DNA from: an uncultured delta proteobacterium
GTDB lineage: Bacteria; Desulfobacterota; Syntrophia; Syntrophales; Smithellaceae
Direction of reading: 5' to 3'
Length of the DNA stretch: 64,000 nt
NCBI GenBank assembly: GCA_963710575.1
Contig: CAVQAL010000006.1
Span: 317,784-381,783 of the forward strand
Shown here: in pieces, positions 11,131 through 21,700 of the stretch
Position numbering within the stretch: position 1 is the stretch's first letter
Layout of the letters: each line of letters begins with the position of its first letter
The notes under the pieces: generated by a model
The model's input: the letters and a program-made list of their open reading frames with translations, nothing else
Database searches by the model: none
Told to the model about the DNA's origin: nothing
Program-made: the position numbers and the translations under genes

Positions 11131-12174
11131 ATGGATAAGCTAGTTGTCACATCAATGCGGCAAGGTGCTGGTAAAACCAGCGTTATTATCGGCCTGGCTA
11201 AAGCATTGAATAAGAAAGCCGGATATATGAAACCCTTCGGTGAAAGATTGATTTACCGTAAAAAGAAGTTGTGGGATTATGATGCGGCTTTGATAGCCAA
11301 TATCTTTGGAATGGAAGCAAGCGGCGAAAATTTGAGCATCGGCTTTCATCCTGCCAAGCTTATGTCCATGCTGGATGAAGAAATGACCAGGCAAAAGTTA
11401 TTTGAGCTTTTGTCCCATGCCGGCAATGAAAAAGACATCGTTTTTATCGAAGCGGGAAAAGATATCACCTACGGCTCATCCGTTTATCTGGATGCCCTTT
11501 CCTTGGCGCAATATTTAGATGCCGGTTTACTGGTAGTGGTCAGCGGCAATGAGGATACAATTTTCGACGACATTATCTTTTTGAAGAAGCGTGTCCAAAT
11601 GGAGAAAGTAACGCTGCGGGGCATCATCATCAATAAAGTCGCCAATATAAATGAATTCAATGATATTTACCTGCCCAGAATAAAGCAATTAGGCGTAAAC
11701 GTGCTGGGCGTAATCCCCTATTATAAAGAATTACCTTTCTTTTCCGTGAACTATCTGGCTGAACGATTATTTGCCAAAATTATCGCGGGAGAAAATAACT
11801 TAAACGGCATAGTAGAAAATGTTTTTATCGGTTCGGTTTCAGTCAGTGCTGTTTGCAAAGAACCTCTGTTTCACATGAAGAATAAAATTGTTATCACCAG
11901 CGGCGACCGCAGCGATATGATCCTTGCGGCGTTGGACAGCCATTCGACAGCGGTTGTGTTGACAAATGATATTTTGCCGCCATCTAATATTATTGCCAAA
12001 GCCGAAAAGATGTCCATTCCCTTGCTTTTAGTTTCCTTTGATTCCCATCAGACGGCCAAACAAATAGATGCGCTGGAAGCGTTGCCGACAAAAGATGACA
12101 AAGAAAAAATTGCTCTGATTGAAAAGATGATCAGCGATCATGTGGATATTGAGAAACTTCAGACGGAGAAATAA
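11131..12174 (+). CDS. Phosphotransacetylase N-terminal-like (BioD-like P-loop plus DRTGG) protein
   Basis: GAGKTS, GYMKPFG, ITSGDRSD. Confidence 0.85.
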   Translation: MDKLVVTSMRQGAGKTSVIIGLAKALNKKAGYMKPFGERLIYRKKKLWDYDAALIANIFGMEASGENLSIGFHPAKLMSMLDEEMTRQKLFELLSHAGNEKDIVFIEAGKDITYGSSVYLDALSLAQYLDAGLLVVVSGNEDTIFDDIIFLKKRVQMEKVTLRGIIINKVANINEFNDIYLPRIKQLGVNVLGVIPYYKELPFFSVNYLAERLFAKIIAGENNLNGIVENVFIGSVSVSAVCKEPLFHMKNKIVITSGDRSDMILAALDSHSTAVVLTNDILPPSNIIAKAEKMSIPLLLVSFDSHQTAKQIDALEALPTKDDKEKIALIEKMISDHVDIEKLQTEK

Positions 12175-12193
12175 TTAATCTCATACGCTATTA

Positions 12194-13018
12194 TTAAAAT
12201 TCTGCGCTGCGTATGAAATTTATCGCGTTGCGGAAAATCGCCAGGCCCTGCCCTTCTTCCGGCAGGGTTTCTCTTGTCCAGCGGGGATGATTAGTGCGGT
12301 GCAGAAACGCTTCTGGATGAGGCATCAAACCAAAGAGTCTGCCTGTTTCATCACACAGACCGGCAATGGCATGAATTGAACCGTTGGGATTGGCCGGATA
12401 GTCCACTGTAGGCGCGCCTTCAGCGGTGCTGTATTGAAACGCGCACAAATTTTTATTTTCGATTTCTTCCAAAGCGGCATTGCTTTCCGGAACAAACTTG
12501 CCTTCTCCATGCCTTACGGGATAATAGACAACGTCAATGCCTCTGGTGAAAACACAGGGGCTTTTTGCGTTGGCTTTAAGATACACCCAGCGGTCTTCAA
12601 AACGTCCTGAATCGTTAAAGGTAAGTGTAGCGCATTGCTTAGTGAAGTTGCCATTCAGCGCGGGGAGCAATCCCAGCTTAACCATTAATTGAAAACCGTT
12701 GCAGACGCCCAGAATGAGTTTTCCATCGGCAATAAATTTTAACAGTTCCTCGATGAGCATTTCATTGGCGCCGGAAATGGGCGCGTGCAAAAAGCGGTTG
12801 GCCCCGGCTTTAGCCGAACCCAGATCATCGCCATCCAAAAAGCCGCCAGGCAGATTCAAAAAAGTATAGTCAGACAGGCGCCGCTCTCCGTAAAGCAATT
12901 CACTGATATGGACGATATCGACCATATCGGCCCCGGCCAGTTTGCAGGCGTGCGCCATTTCCATTTCACAGTTGGTGCCGTTGCCGGTCATTACTATCGC
13001 TTTTACCTTACTGGTCAT
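12194..13018 (-). CDS. purQ: FGAM synthase glutaminase subunit
   Basis: GGFLDGD, GVCNGFQ, HGEG, MPHPE. Confidence 0.93.
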   Translation of the reverse strand: MTSKVKAIVMTGNGTNCEMEMAHACKLAGADMVDIVHISELLYGERRLSDYTFLNLPGGFLDGDDLGSAKAGANRFLHAPISGANEMLIEELLKFIADGKLILGVCNGFQLMVKLGLLPALNGNFTKQCATLTFNDSGRFEDRWVYLKANAKSPCVFTRGIDVVYYPVRHGEGKFVPESNAALEEIENKNLCAFQYSTAEGAPTVDYPANPNGSIHAIAGLCDETGRLFGLMPHPEAFLHRTNHPRWTRETLPEEGQGLAIFRNAINFIRSAEF

Positions 13019-13032
13019 AAATAAAATCCTGT

Positions 13033-16014
13033 CTAAAAATTAAGCGGCTTTTGCCACGCATCTTTGAGTTTGCTGATTTTTTCTTTAATAATCAGTTTGC
13101 CGGAAAGCCCCATTATCTGGAAGAGTCCATCACTCGCGACAAAACCGATTTCACTAATGACGTTTCCAGCCATGATCTTTTCAAACTTGCTTTGGTCTTT
13201 AGGATGGATGGTCACCACAAAGCGGCTGGCCGTCTCCGAAAATAATATATAATCGTTGCGCTTCTTACCGTGGTAAGGAACATCCTTCAAATCAACATTC
13301 ATGCCGAAGCCCCCGGCAAACGCCGTTTCGATCAGCGCCACACCCAAACCGCCGTCGGAGCAGTCATGGCAAGAGGCCACAAGGCCTGTCTGGATCGCCT
13401 TGTGCAGGGCACGGTATTTTTTGATAGCTTTTTTGACATCCACCTGCGGCACTTTGTTGCCGATTGCGCCATGCTCAGCAAACCATTCAGAGCCGCCCAG
13501 TTCATCAAGAGTTTCACCGATAACGTAAATCAGATCCTGCGGACGTTTGGCATCCATCGTCACTGCTTTGCGCACATCTTTGATTTTGCCGATGACCGAA
13601 TAAAGCAATGTCGGCGGTACGGAAATTTTAGTTTTGCCGATGGAATAATCGTTTTTCATGCTGTCTTTGCCGGAGATGCAGGGCACACCGTACGCAGTGG
13701 TATAATCGTAAATCGCCATGTTCGAACGTACAAGTTGCGCGAGCTTATATTCACCATCGGGCGTCTTTGCGGACTTAACCGGGTCGCACCAGCAGAAATT
13801 ATCCAGCCCCGCCAGATGATCCAGATCAGCGCCGACGGCCACCGCGTTGCGAACAGCTTCGTCGATAGCGCAGGCGGTCATATGGTAGGTGTCGATATCG
13901 CTATAGCGCGGGCAGATACCGTGCGCCACCACGACGCCTTCCATGGATTCCAGAATCGGACGCACAATGCCCGCGTCCGAAGGGCCATCGTTTTGCGCGC
14001 CCACCAAGGGTTTAATCACAGAGCCGCCCTGAACTTCATGATCGTACTGACGCACAACCGCTTCCTTGGAGCAGATATTGAGACGTGAAAGCATCCGGAT
14101 AAATGCATTTCCTAAGTTGGAGGGTTCGGCAAATGTCGGTTCCGTGTTTTTCGGTGCCTTCCATTTGGCCGCCAATTTCATTTGCGGCACGCCTTCGTGC
14201 AGAAATTCCATATCCAGATAGGCCACGGTCTTTTGGCCGTAGCGTACATGAAATTTCCCCGACTTGGTAAACTTGCCCATAGCCGTGGCTTCCACGCCCA
14301 TCTTGCGGGCCAGTTCCATAAATGCATTTACTTTTTTCGGATCGACAGCGAGCGACATGCGCTCCTGCGCCTCCGAAACAAGAATTTCCCAGGGCTGAAG
14401 GCCTGCGTATTTCAAGGGTGCCAGCGATAAATCAATTTCGCAGCCACCGGAATAGGTTGCCATCTCGCCAACTGATGAAGAAAGACCGCCCGCGCCGTTA
14501 TCTGTAAGCGCTCGATACAAGCCGCGGTTGCGGGCGACCAGCAGAAAGTCTGTCATTTTCTTTTGGGTGATCGGGTCGCCGATCTGCACTGCGGTGACGG
14601 GCGAGCCTTCATGCAGCTCTTCGGATGAAAAAGTCGCGCCGTGTATGCCGTCTTTGCCGATTCTACCGCCGGTCATGATGATGACATCGCCGGGTTTTAT
14701 TTCCTTGCCGTGGGTCGGTTTGCCATTAAGCTTTGCGGGCATAATGCCGGCTGTGCCGCAGTAAACAAGAGGTTTGCCTAAATACCGTTCATCAAAAACA
14801 ATGCTGCCGTTGACCGTGGGAATGCCGCTTTTGTTGCCGCCGTGTTCCACGCCTTCGCGCACGCCTTCGTAAATCCGGCGCGGATGCAAAATGCGGGGCG
14901 GCAGTTTCTTTTTATAAAAGGGCGAAGCAAAGCAAAACACGTCGGTATTGAAGATCAGTTTCGCGCCGATACCTGTGCCGAAGGGATCGCGGTTGACGCC
15001 GACAATGCCAGTGAGCGCTCCGCCGTAGGGGTCGAGAGCGGAAGGAGAATTATGCGTCTCGACTTTGAACACTAAATTGTGGTCGTTGTTGAATTTGATC
15101 ACACCCGCGTTATCCACAAAAACGGAGAGACAGAAATCCTTTTTGCCTTTGGCCTTGCGGATTTTGGCCGTCGAGCCTTTGATATATTTTTTAAAAAGCG
15201 AATCAATTTTTAATTTGTTGCGGCCATCGCAATAATCAATCCTGCTGTTGAAAATTTTGTGTTTGCAGTGTTCCGACCATGTCTGCGCAAGACATTCCAG
15301 TTCCACGTCGGTTGTGTTTTCATCAAGGCCGAATTTTTTGCGGGCTTTGATCACGGCCGGATTCTGATAATAAGCCTGAATCTTCTGCATTTCTTCGAGA
15401 TTCAGGGCCAGAAGTTTTTCCTGGCTGATTTTTAAAAGCCCCGGCGCATCAACTTTTGCCAGATTGATTTGAGCTACCTGCGGCTCGTCTTTGCCCAGTA
15501 CCTGTGGGATATAAGCGGGAAGGCCAGAGTTAAAATTAAAATCACTTGCGCTTACGACCTGATGGCGTTCGATGAGATCGTTGGCTAAAAGGCCGGAGGC
15601 TATTTTTTCCGCATCAGCCTGTGATATTTTGCCACTGATTAAATACTGGCGGGACGTATAAACGCTGACTTTGCGCGAACCAATATTTTCACCCAGTAAA
15701 AGCGTAATGGCTTCACGGGCGGTTTTGCCGACGTTATCGGTCACACCCGGCCGAAAGCCCACTTCAATGAGCCAATAGAAATTTTTTGCGAGCGGCTTAT
15801 TGATGGAAAATTCTTGAATAACCGGATCAGAGAGCGGCCCCGCTGCAGCCTGTTCTAATTCGGCGGCGCTTAGCTCACCTGCGATAGTATATATTTCGAT
15901 GGTGGCAACTCTTTCGACCGGCAGCGCCAGATTATCGATAATACGCTTTTTGGTCTTTTCACCCAGCGCGTCACGAATGCCGTTTTTAAATCCAACTTCA
16001 ATTCTATCCGCCAT
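13033..16014 (-). CDS. purL: Phosphoribosylformylglycinamidine synthase (PurS-like N-terminus plus PurL)
   Basis: QTWSEHCKHKIF, KVETHNSPS, DNGAGGL, SEAQER, HDCSDGG; start taken at MADRIEV. Confidence 0.95.
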   Translation of the reverse strand: MADRIEVGFKNGIRDALGEKTKKRIIDNLALPVERVATIEIYTIAGELSAAELEQAAAGPLSDPVIQEFSINKPLAKNFYWLIEVGFRPGVTDNVGKTAREAITLLLGENIGSRKVSVYTSRQYLISGKISQADAEKIASGLLANDLIERHQVVSASDFNFNSGLPAYIPQVLGKDEPQVAQINLAKVDAPGLLKISQEKLLALNLEEMQKIQAYYQNPAVIKARKKFGLDENTTDVELECLAQTWSEHCKHKIFNSRIDYCDGRNKLKIDSLFKKYIKGSTAKIRKAKGKKDFCLSVFVDNAGVIKFNNDHNLVFKVETHNSPSALDPYGGALTGIVGVNRDPFGTGIGAKLIFNTDVFCFASPFYKKKLPPRILHPRRIYEGVREGVEHGGNKSGIPTVNGSIVFDERYLGKPLVYCGTAGIMPAKLNGKPTHGKEIKPGDVIIMTGGRIGKDGIHGATFSSEELHEGSPVTAVQIGDPITQKKMTDFLLVARNRGLYRALTDNGAGGLSSSVGEMATYSGGCEIDLSLAPLKYAGLQPWEILVSEAQERMSLAVDPKKVNAFMELARKMGVEATAMGKFTKSGKFHVRYGQKTVAYLDMEFLHEGVPQMKLAAKWKAPKNTEPTFAEPSNLGNAFIRMLSRLNICSKEAVVRQYDHEVQGGSVIKPLVGAQNDGPSDAGIVRPILESMEGVVVAHGICPRYSDIDTYHMTACAIDEAVRNAVAVGADLDHLAGLDNFCWCDPVKSAKTPDGEYKLAQLVRSNMAIYDYTTAYGVPCISGKDSMKNDYSIGKTKISVPPTLLYSVIGKIKDVRKAVTMDAKRPQDLIYVIGETLDELGGSEWFAEHGAIGNKVPQVDVKKAIKKYRALHKAIQTGLVASCHDCSDGGLGVALIETAFAGGFGMNVDLKDVPYHGKKRNDYILFSETASRFVVTIHPKDQSKFEKIMAGNVISEIGFVASDGLFQIMGLSGKLIIKEKISKLKDAWQKPLNF

Positions 16015-16162
16015 GTTGAACCTTGACTTATCCGATCTGTTGATTTGTCTTATAAAGCAGACGTTGCGTTTATACCCAAAAGAACGCAATAAAGCAACTT
16101 ACAAATATGTGCCGAACAGAACGTATAAATAATAATATCCTTTTGCCTTAGATTTACCACAT

Positions 16163-16289
16163 TATACCAGTTCTAAATCAAAGATGATATTGAGGCGGCT
16201 AGGCGGAGGCGACGAGGCGTATTATAGATACGTTGAGGAAGCCGACAACGACGCCAACAAAAATAGCGCTTTGATTTAGAATTGGTATT
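16163..16289 (-). repeat. MITE-like repeat family A, copy 2 (inverted)
   Basis: ATACCAGTTCTAAATCAAAG...CTTTGATTTAGAATTGGTAT terminal inverted repeats; reverse complement resembles the 28087 copy. Confidence 0.85.
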
Positions 16290-16413
16290 AATAATTACTT
16301 GATTTTAAATAAATATTTGTGTAAAAAATGCCATTCAAAGAACAGATTTTTATTCAAACTGTAATTCAGCAGGATATATTAATTGTTGGGCAGAAAGAAA
16401 AGGATAATTTGAT

Positions 16414-17646
16414 ATGTTCACTGCCATACCTAAATCCCTTGTAGTATATAGCAATCCTGATACGCTTGATCGACTCCGTCTTGACAAAGAGCACAAAGCT
16501 ATAGAACAGGTACTTGTTAAGCATCAACTCCCAGAGAGAGTGATTCGCAGAATACACGCTGCATCACTCATTGATGTAGGAATGGCACTTCGAGAACAGG
16601 ACTATGAACTTATCCTATTCTCCTGCCATGGAGATGACAATGGATTGTATCTTGAGGACATATCCACCCATGAAGCGTTACCTTGGGAACTCCTGTCTAA
16701 GACACTTTCTGAAGCTGCTCCAAGAATGTCCGTAGTAATTCTTAACGCCTGCTTTTCTGTCAACGCCAAAGATGTACTGCTTTAAGCAACTCCATTTCTG
16801 ATTGTCATGGACGGCGAGACAAATGATGCAGCCGCAATAAGCTTCAGTCAGTACTTCCTGGATGAGTTTTATAGATCGACTTCTGTTGAACAAGCTTTTC
16901 GCATAGCTTCATCTGCAATTGATCAGATGGGTATGGGGGAAGTGATCAAGCCGGTGTTCTGCAGACGCCAGCCTTCCGGTCGTTCTGTATTTCAGGCATG
17001 TTTTAGCCGCCGCCAGGATTCAATATTCATTGATCTGACTGATGCGGAAGAGAGTATCTCACATCTTCCAATATCACGACACGAGTTCCTCTCTTTGCTA
17101 ACACGTAAAATTCGAATTCACAGTTGGATATTCCATATCGAACGAGAGAGAGCAGTGCTGCCAATAGGTCAATTCTTTGGTGTGTTTTCTTGGCAAAATG
17201 CAAAAGACGTAGTGATTTGTCACGAAGTCCTTAAACTGAAACAGGATATTGAAGTTTCTGAATGTATGGGATGGACAAGACTTATGGTGATTTACAATGA
17301 CCTTCGCTCAGAGCGATATCGCGTTATAGCGAATCCCGCTGCAATAGAAAATAAAGCACTTCTCGAAACTGCACTTAATGGGATTGAGACGTGCTATGTA
17401 TCTACACTTAAAGGTTCTGACGTAGAACCTGCTGCAAAGAAGCTTGCTCCAGATCAATATATCATCACCCTCTCAACCGTCCGTGTGCAGTGCGATTTAG
17501 CGAAAAGGAGTCTCAGCGACTTAAATTTGCCCAGTACAGTAGTTGCATTGGAAACCGCAATCAGTTCGATTCATGACCTTGTAGATGAGCTTACAGCAGC
17601 TGTAACAACTAAAGGGCAGAAAACTGACTTTACCCAACAAGGCTAA
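16414..17646 (+). pseudogene. CHAT (caspase/HetF) domain protein interrupted by in-frame TAA at 16783-16785
   Basis: FSCHG and VILNACFS His/Cys motifs; ORFs 16414 and 16807 are in the same frame. Confidence 0.75.
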
Positions 17647-17691
17647 TGTAGCCTACGCAAAAAACCGCACGGCTAATCAACGATGTTGGGC
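17632..17691 (+). repeat. attC site 1
   Basis: R'' ACCCAAC ... internal TAGCC/GGCTA stem ... R' GTTGGGC, 60 bp. Confidence 0.75.
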
Positions 17692-17708
17692 ATCGCAAGG
17701 AAGGGCAT

Positions 17709-18357
17709 ATGGAAGAAGATAATCTGGCGAAAGAAAAAAACACTGAAGCAGCTGACAGCACCCCCCCAAAAAAGTACTAAACCATCCGATGAGAAATCCA
17801 AGTATAGCGACTTTAGAATTGCCGCGATTTCGGGAAGCTGTGCTATTCTTGGTATTTTGGTGGGATCACTTATAACCGGCTACTTCTCAATCAAATCTCA
17901 AAATATAATTGCACAACAGCAAACAGCTGCCTTTTCAAGGCAGTTTGTTCAGGGCGAAAGACAGGAACTAAAGAAGGCTCTTTCCGATTATATTGAAGTC
18001 ATTTTCGATTACTATCAACTTGTAACCAACGAAAAACTGTCATCAAAAGAGGTCAATAAATTTGCAAAAAAAGCTAACGTAGCTGCTTTCTATATTACAA
18101 TTATTGTAAGCATAGATTTGGGAAAGAAAACTCTTGAGGTGAATCAAGTTTTTTTTGAGAACCTTAAGGCAAAAAATGCAAACAAGTATTCTGATAATCT
18201 TGAGACCAAGGTTATTACAAAGATTATGGAATGGAGTATGATAGCCAAGGGTGAGTTGAAGCTTCTGGAGTACAAGGTTTCTCCAGAGAATATGTCAACG
18301 GATTTGTTGAGGTTGCTTTTACAGGACGGTCTATCTGATAAAGATGGCAGAAAGTAG
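17709..18357 (+). CDS. Cassette hypothetical membrane-anchored protein; likely start 17709 with frameshift in the C7/A6 run near 17761
   Basis: SD-like AAGG before ATG 17709; the ORF-track start 17683 lies inside attC1; one TM helix. Confidence 0.55.
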
Positions 18358-18417
18358 TTTTTTACCAGTACTGGTTTTACCAGTGGCTGCAAAGAACGTT
18401 AAAGGTCACACGGCATT

Positions 18418-18470
18418 GCCCAACATCGTTTGAGCTAATCGCTACGCTCCGATTGAGATTTATATTAAGC
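18418..18470 (+). repeat. attC site 2 (degenerate R')
   Basis: R'' GCCCAAC is complementary to the cassette start TTGGGC; AATCG-CTACGCT-CCGATT stem; ends ATTAAGC. Confidence 0.65.
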
Positions 18471-18500
18471 GAATAAAAAAAGAATAAGGGGAAATTAGAT

Positions 18501-18995
18501 ATGGATGTCTCATCAGTTAAAGATTGGTTAATCCCAGTTTCTGTATTCATCTCACTTATTGCTGTCACCGTCAAGTTTTGGCAAGCTTCTAATGATTTCA
18601 GACTGAAAGTGCAAGCAGAAGCCCGACGTGATAAAAGTGCTGAGGCAGAAAGTGATGTTAAATTGGTCAAATTATTTGCTGAAATCATGAATATCGCTCA
18701 TGGAAGAAGTGGGTATATAGTTTCTGAAAAGGCCGTAGAATTATTATTTCAAAAAGGAATCATTTCCATAGAGGATTTTAAGAACCCTGCAGTTGCTAAC
18801 AGTAAGATTGCAGACAGCTCTATTATTACGCTCCCCGTTGGCGCGGCTGCCCAAGATGCGGCAATTACAGCGATTGCTATCTTAGGGAAAAAACACACTG
18901 TGTTAAAGGATATGGCTATTCAGGGTCTTGAATCATTAAAGCATGTTAAAAACGATCTTGCGACAAAGTATTTAAATGAATTAAATGCCGCTTAG
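18501..18995 (+). CDS. Cassette hypothetical protein with N-terminal TM anchor
   Basis: 164 aa ORF, SD AAGGGG, hydrophobic WLIPVSVFISLIAVTV. Confidence 0.65.
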   Translation: MDVSSVKDWLIPVSVFISLIAVTVKFWQASNDFRLKVQAEARRDKSAEAESDVKLVKLFAEIMNIAHGRSGYIVSEKAVELLFQKGIISIEDFKNPAVANSKIADSSIITLPVGAAAQDAAITAIAILGKKHTVLKDMAIQGLESLKHVKNDLATKYLNELNAA

Positions 18996-19041
18996 GTTAA
19001 TCCAACCTATCGCTATGCTCCTGCAAAATTTTTTGTTAAGT
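18990..19041 (+). repeat. attC site 3 (degenerate R'')
   Basis: GCTTAGG overlapping the stop ... ATCGCTATGCTCC (cf. ATCGCTACGCTCC in attC2) ... GTTAAGT. Confidence 0.55.
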
Positions 19042-19324
19042 CCTTACCGCAAATATTTCTTATCCTTTTATTGTTCCGCACTGGCGGCATTTTCTGGCGC
19101 CATGGAAAAGTTTGACACCGCTAGGAAGCTATTTTCAAATTTACCATTCAAAGACATTTTTCTTATATTTCCAAGCATTATACTCTGATTTGCCGGTTAT
19201 GCATGCTTTTTGTTCGCCCTCATTTTACTTGACACTTCCATCTTTTTAACCGATATATTCATCACTCATTTTCAAAATATTGGCAAGGCGCGATAAATTT
19301 TATCCAACTGATTGCGGAGAAAAC

Positions 19325-20573
19325 ATGGAATTAATTCTGATGATAATAATTCTCATCCTGCTGGTGATCGGTTTTGTTGTGCTGTATCTGCGGGCGGGGA
19401 GAGATTCTGTTGATCTTGCGCCGCTTATCAACAAACTGGATATGTTACAAAATTTTCAAGAAAGAACAGATCGCTCTGTGCGCGATGAGATTGCCAAGTT
19501 TCGCGAGGAAATAAAAACCGGCGCCCATCAGGAAAGAGCGGAATTAACCGTCTCACTTAAATCATTCAGTGATTCAGTGGAGCAGAAAATGACGGCAGTG
19601 GGTCAGTTGGTTGATGAAAAACTAAAGCAAATTCAGGAAGACAATACGCGTCAACTTGACCGCATGCGCGAAACAGTTGATGAAAAGCTGCACAGCACAC
19701 TGGAAAAAAGATTGGGTGAAGCTTTTAAGCAAGTCTCCGAACGGCTGGAACAGGTGCATCAAGGGCTGGGTGATATGCGCAATCTGGCTGCGGATGTTGG
19801 TGATTTGAGGAAAGTGCTCACCAATGTCAAGACTCGCGGCACCTGGGGTGAAGTGCAATTAGGCGCGCTTCTGGAAGAAATCCTCTCGCCGGAACAATAC
19901 GCCAGGAATGTGAAGATTAAAGAAAACAGCAGTGAGCTTGTCGAATTTGCCATCAAACTTCCCGGAAGGGATGATTCGCCGGCAGATCATGTCCTGATTC
20001 CGGTGGACGCGAAATTTCCGGTGGAAGATTATCAGCGGCTGCTGGACGCGCAGGAAAAGGCGGATACAACTGCCGCCGATGATGCAGTCAGACAACTGGA
20101 AGCAAGCATTAAAAAAGCAGCCAAAGATATATCTCAAAAATATATTGCTCCACCCAAGACGACGGATTTCGGGATTATGTTTTTGCCTGCCGAAGGCCTT
20201 TATGCCGAAGTTATTCGCAGGACTGCTTTGGTCCAGATGCTCCAGCGCGAATACCATATTGTCATTACAGGGCCTACCACATTTGCCGCTATTTTAAACA
20301 GCCTGCAAATGGGCTTCCGCTCCCTGGCGATTCAGAAGCGTTCCAGTGAAGTCTGGAAAGTGCTGGGTGAAGTAAAATCGGCCTTTGGCAGATTTGGCGA
20401 TACTCTTGGATGCTGTGCATAAGCGGCTGGAACAGGCCACCAATTCCATGGATGATGCCCGGAAAAAATCAAAAACCATTCAGAATAAGTTGCGCGCCGT
20501 GGAAATATTGCCCGGCGCCTCTGCCGAAGTTCTGCTCGAGGATAAAACACCTGCGGAACTGGAAGAGCCTTAG
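19325..20573 (+). CDS. rmuC: DNA recombination protein RmuC, +1 frameshift near 20407
   Basis: TM anchor, coiled coil, TRGTWGE, DAKFP, FLPAEG; C-terminus continues in ORF 20385..20573. Confidence 0.9.
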
Positions 20574-20576
20574 CCG

Positions 20577-20723
20577 TATACCAATTATGTTTTAATTCTG
20601 TAGCGAGTGCACTCTCCGACTGCGGGATATTGAATTCTGCGCTTCGCAGGAGATCCCTATGTGCTTTGCACAAGGGATAATTCGACTAACGCTTCCTATA
20701 GTCAGCGAGTCTCATTAAATTGG
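20577..20723. repeat. Palindromic repeat family C, copy 1
   Basis: TATACCAATT...AATTGG ends; GATAATTC...GCTTC...TCAGCGAGT.TCATTA shared with the 41250 and 45720 copies. Confidence 0.55.
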
Positions 20724-20737
20724 AGTTTCAATAATAA

Positions 20738-21409
20738 ATGAGAGAATTTGATCCTTTCGGTTGGATGGAAAAACTTTTCCCCGCACATTTTTTGCACCGG
20801 CTAATCCGGATTGGCATTATTGTTATTCTCATTATTTTCCTGGTTCACCGCATCAGTTTATACAGTTACTATCTTGTAAAGCCTTTATGGGTGATGGAAA
20901 CACTTATTTACGTAGTTTTTCTCGTCAGCTATACTATTCGGATTGATCCTGTAGAGAGATCACAAGGATTAAAAGAAATTATCATCCCGTTGATCGGAGG
21001 GATTCTACCGTTTGCTCTTCTTTCATCGCCGCCGAGCCCTTTAATAGGCGGTAATTGGTTGATTATTTATATCATTTTTTACTGGATGACTGCTTCCACG
21101 GCGCTTACAATCTGGGGTTTGTGGACGTTACGTTATTCTTTCAGTATTACCGTCGAGGCTCGTGCCTTAATAACTAACGGCCCCTACCGCTGGATCAGAC
21201 ATCCTGTATATCTGGGAGAAATTCTTACTGCTCTCGCTGTTACTATTTGGCGGTTTTCCCCTCTCAATGTATTCATTTTTACATTATTTGTCATCATTCA
21301 GCTGCTTCGTGCGAAATGGGAGGAAGTCAAACTCAGCGGAGTTTTTGCCGCTTACAGCATTTATGCGTCTCATGTCAAATGGATATGGCCATACGAAAAG
21401 CCATCATGA
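20738..21409 (+). CDS. Isoprenylcysteine carboxyl methyltransferase-family membrane protein
   Basis: LITNGPYRWIRHPVY and EE motif; multiple TM helices. Confidence 0.85.
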   Translation: MREFDPFGWMEKLFPAHFLHRLIRIGIIVILIIFLVHRISLYSYYLVKPLWVMETLIYVVFLVSYTIRIDPVERSQGLKEIIIPLIGGILPFALLSSPPSPLIGGNWLIIYIIFYWMTASTALTIWGLWTLRYSFSITVEARALITNGPYRWIRHPVYLGEILTALAVTIWRFSPLNVFIFTLFVIIQLLRAKWEEVKLSGVFAAYSIYASHVKWIWPYEKPS

Positions 21410-21535
21410 TACCGTTTTTCAAGCCTTTCATTTTTCGTTTGACATGAAGTTTTATCTATGATTTACAAGTTAGCAGAAATATTATGGAGTCTGCGGCAAT
21501 TCATTGGCAGAAGCATCCACAAGGTAAGCTTCATA

Positions 21536-21653
21536 GTGAACACCATCTGTTATTATTAAATTGCCCTGTCTCGATCTGCTCATCGCTGAGACGACTCGAA
21601 AATAGATCGTATTAAAAGCCACGGGCAGAAATTAAGAAGTCCGTGGCTTTTTT
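21536..21653 (+). promoter_or_regulatory. Putative ribosome-dependent attenuator: leader peptide ending C-Y-Y plus terminator
   Basis: GTG AAC ACC ATC TGT TAT TAT TAA (21536-21559); terminator AAAAGCCACGGGC...GTCCGTGGCTTTTTT (21614-21653) upstream of livK. Confidence 0.55.
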
Positions 21654-21700
21654 ATTTTTCTGGATATACAAGTTACTAAATTTTGAAAATGGAGGTGTGT

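Larger units (their letters stand above)
16385..19041 (+). mobile_element. Integron-type cassette array without integrase (CALIN-like), 3 cassettes
   Basis: GTTGGGC core at 16385 and attC-like sites after each co-oriented ORF (17632-17691, 18418-18470, 18990-19041). Confidence 0.7.

Noticed and set aside
16783-16785. Selenocysteine/pyrrolysine read-through in the CHAT gene
   Set aside because: The codon is TAA, not TGA or TAG
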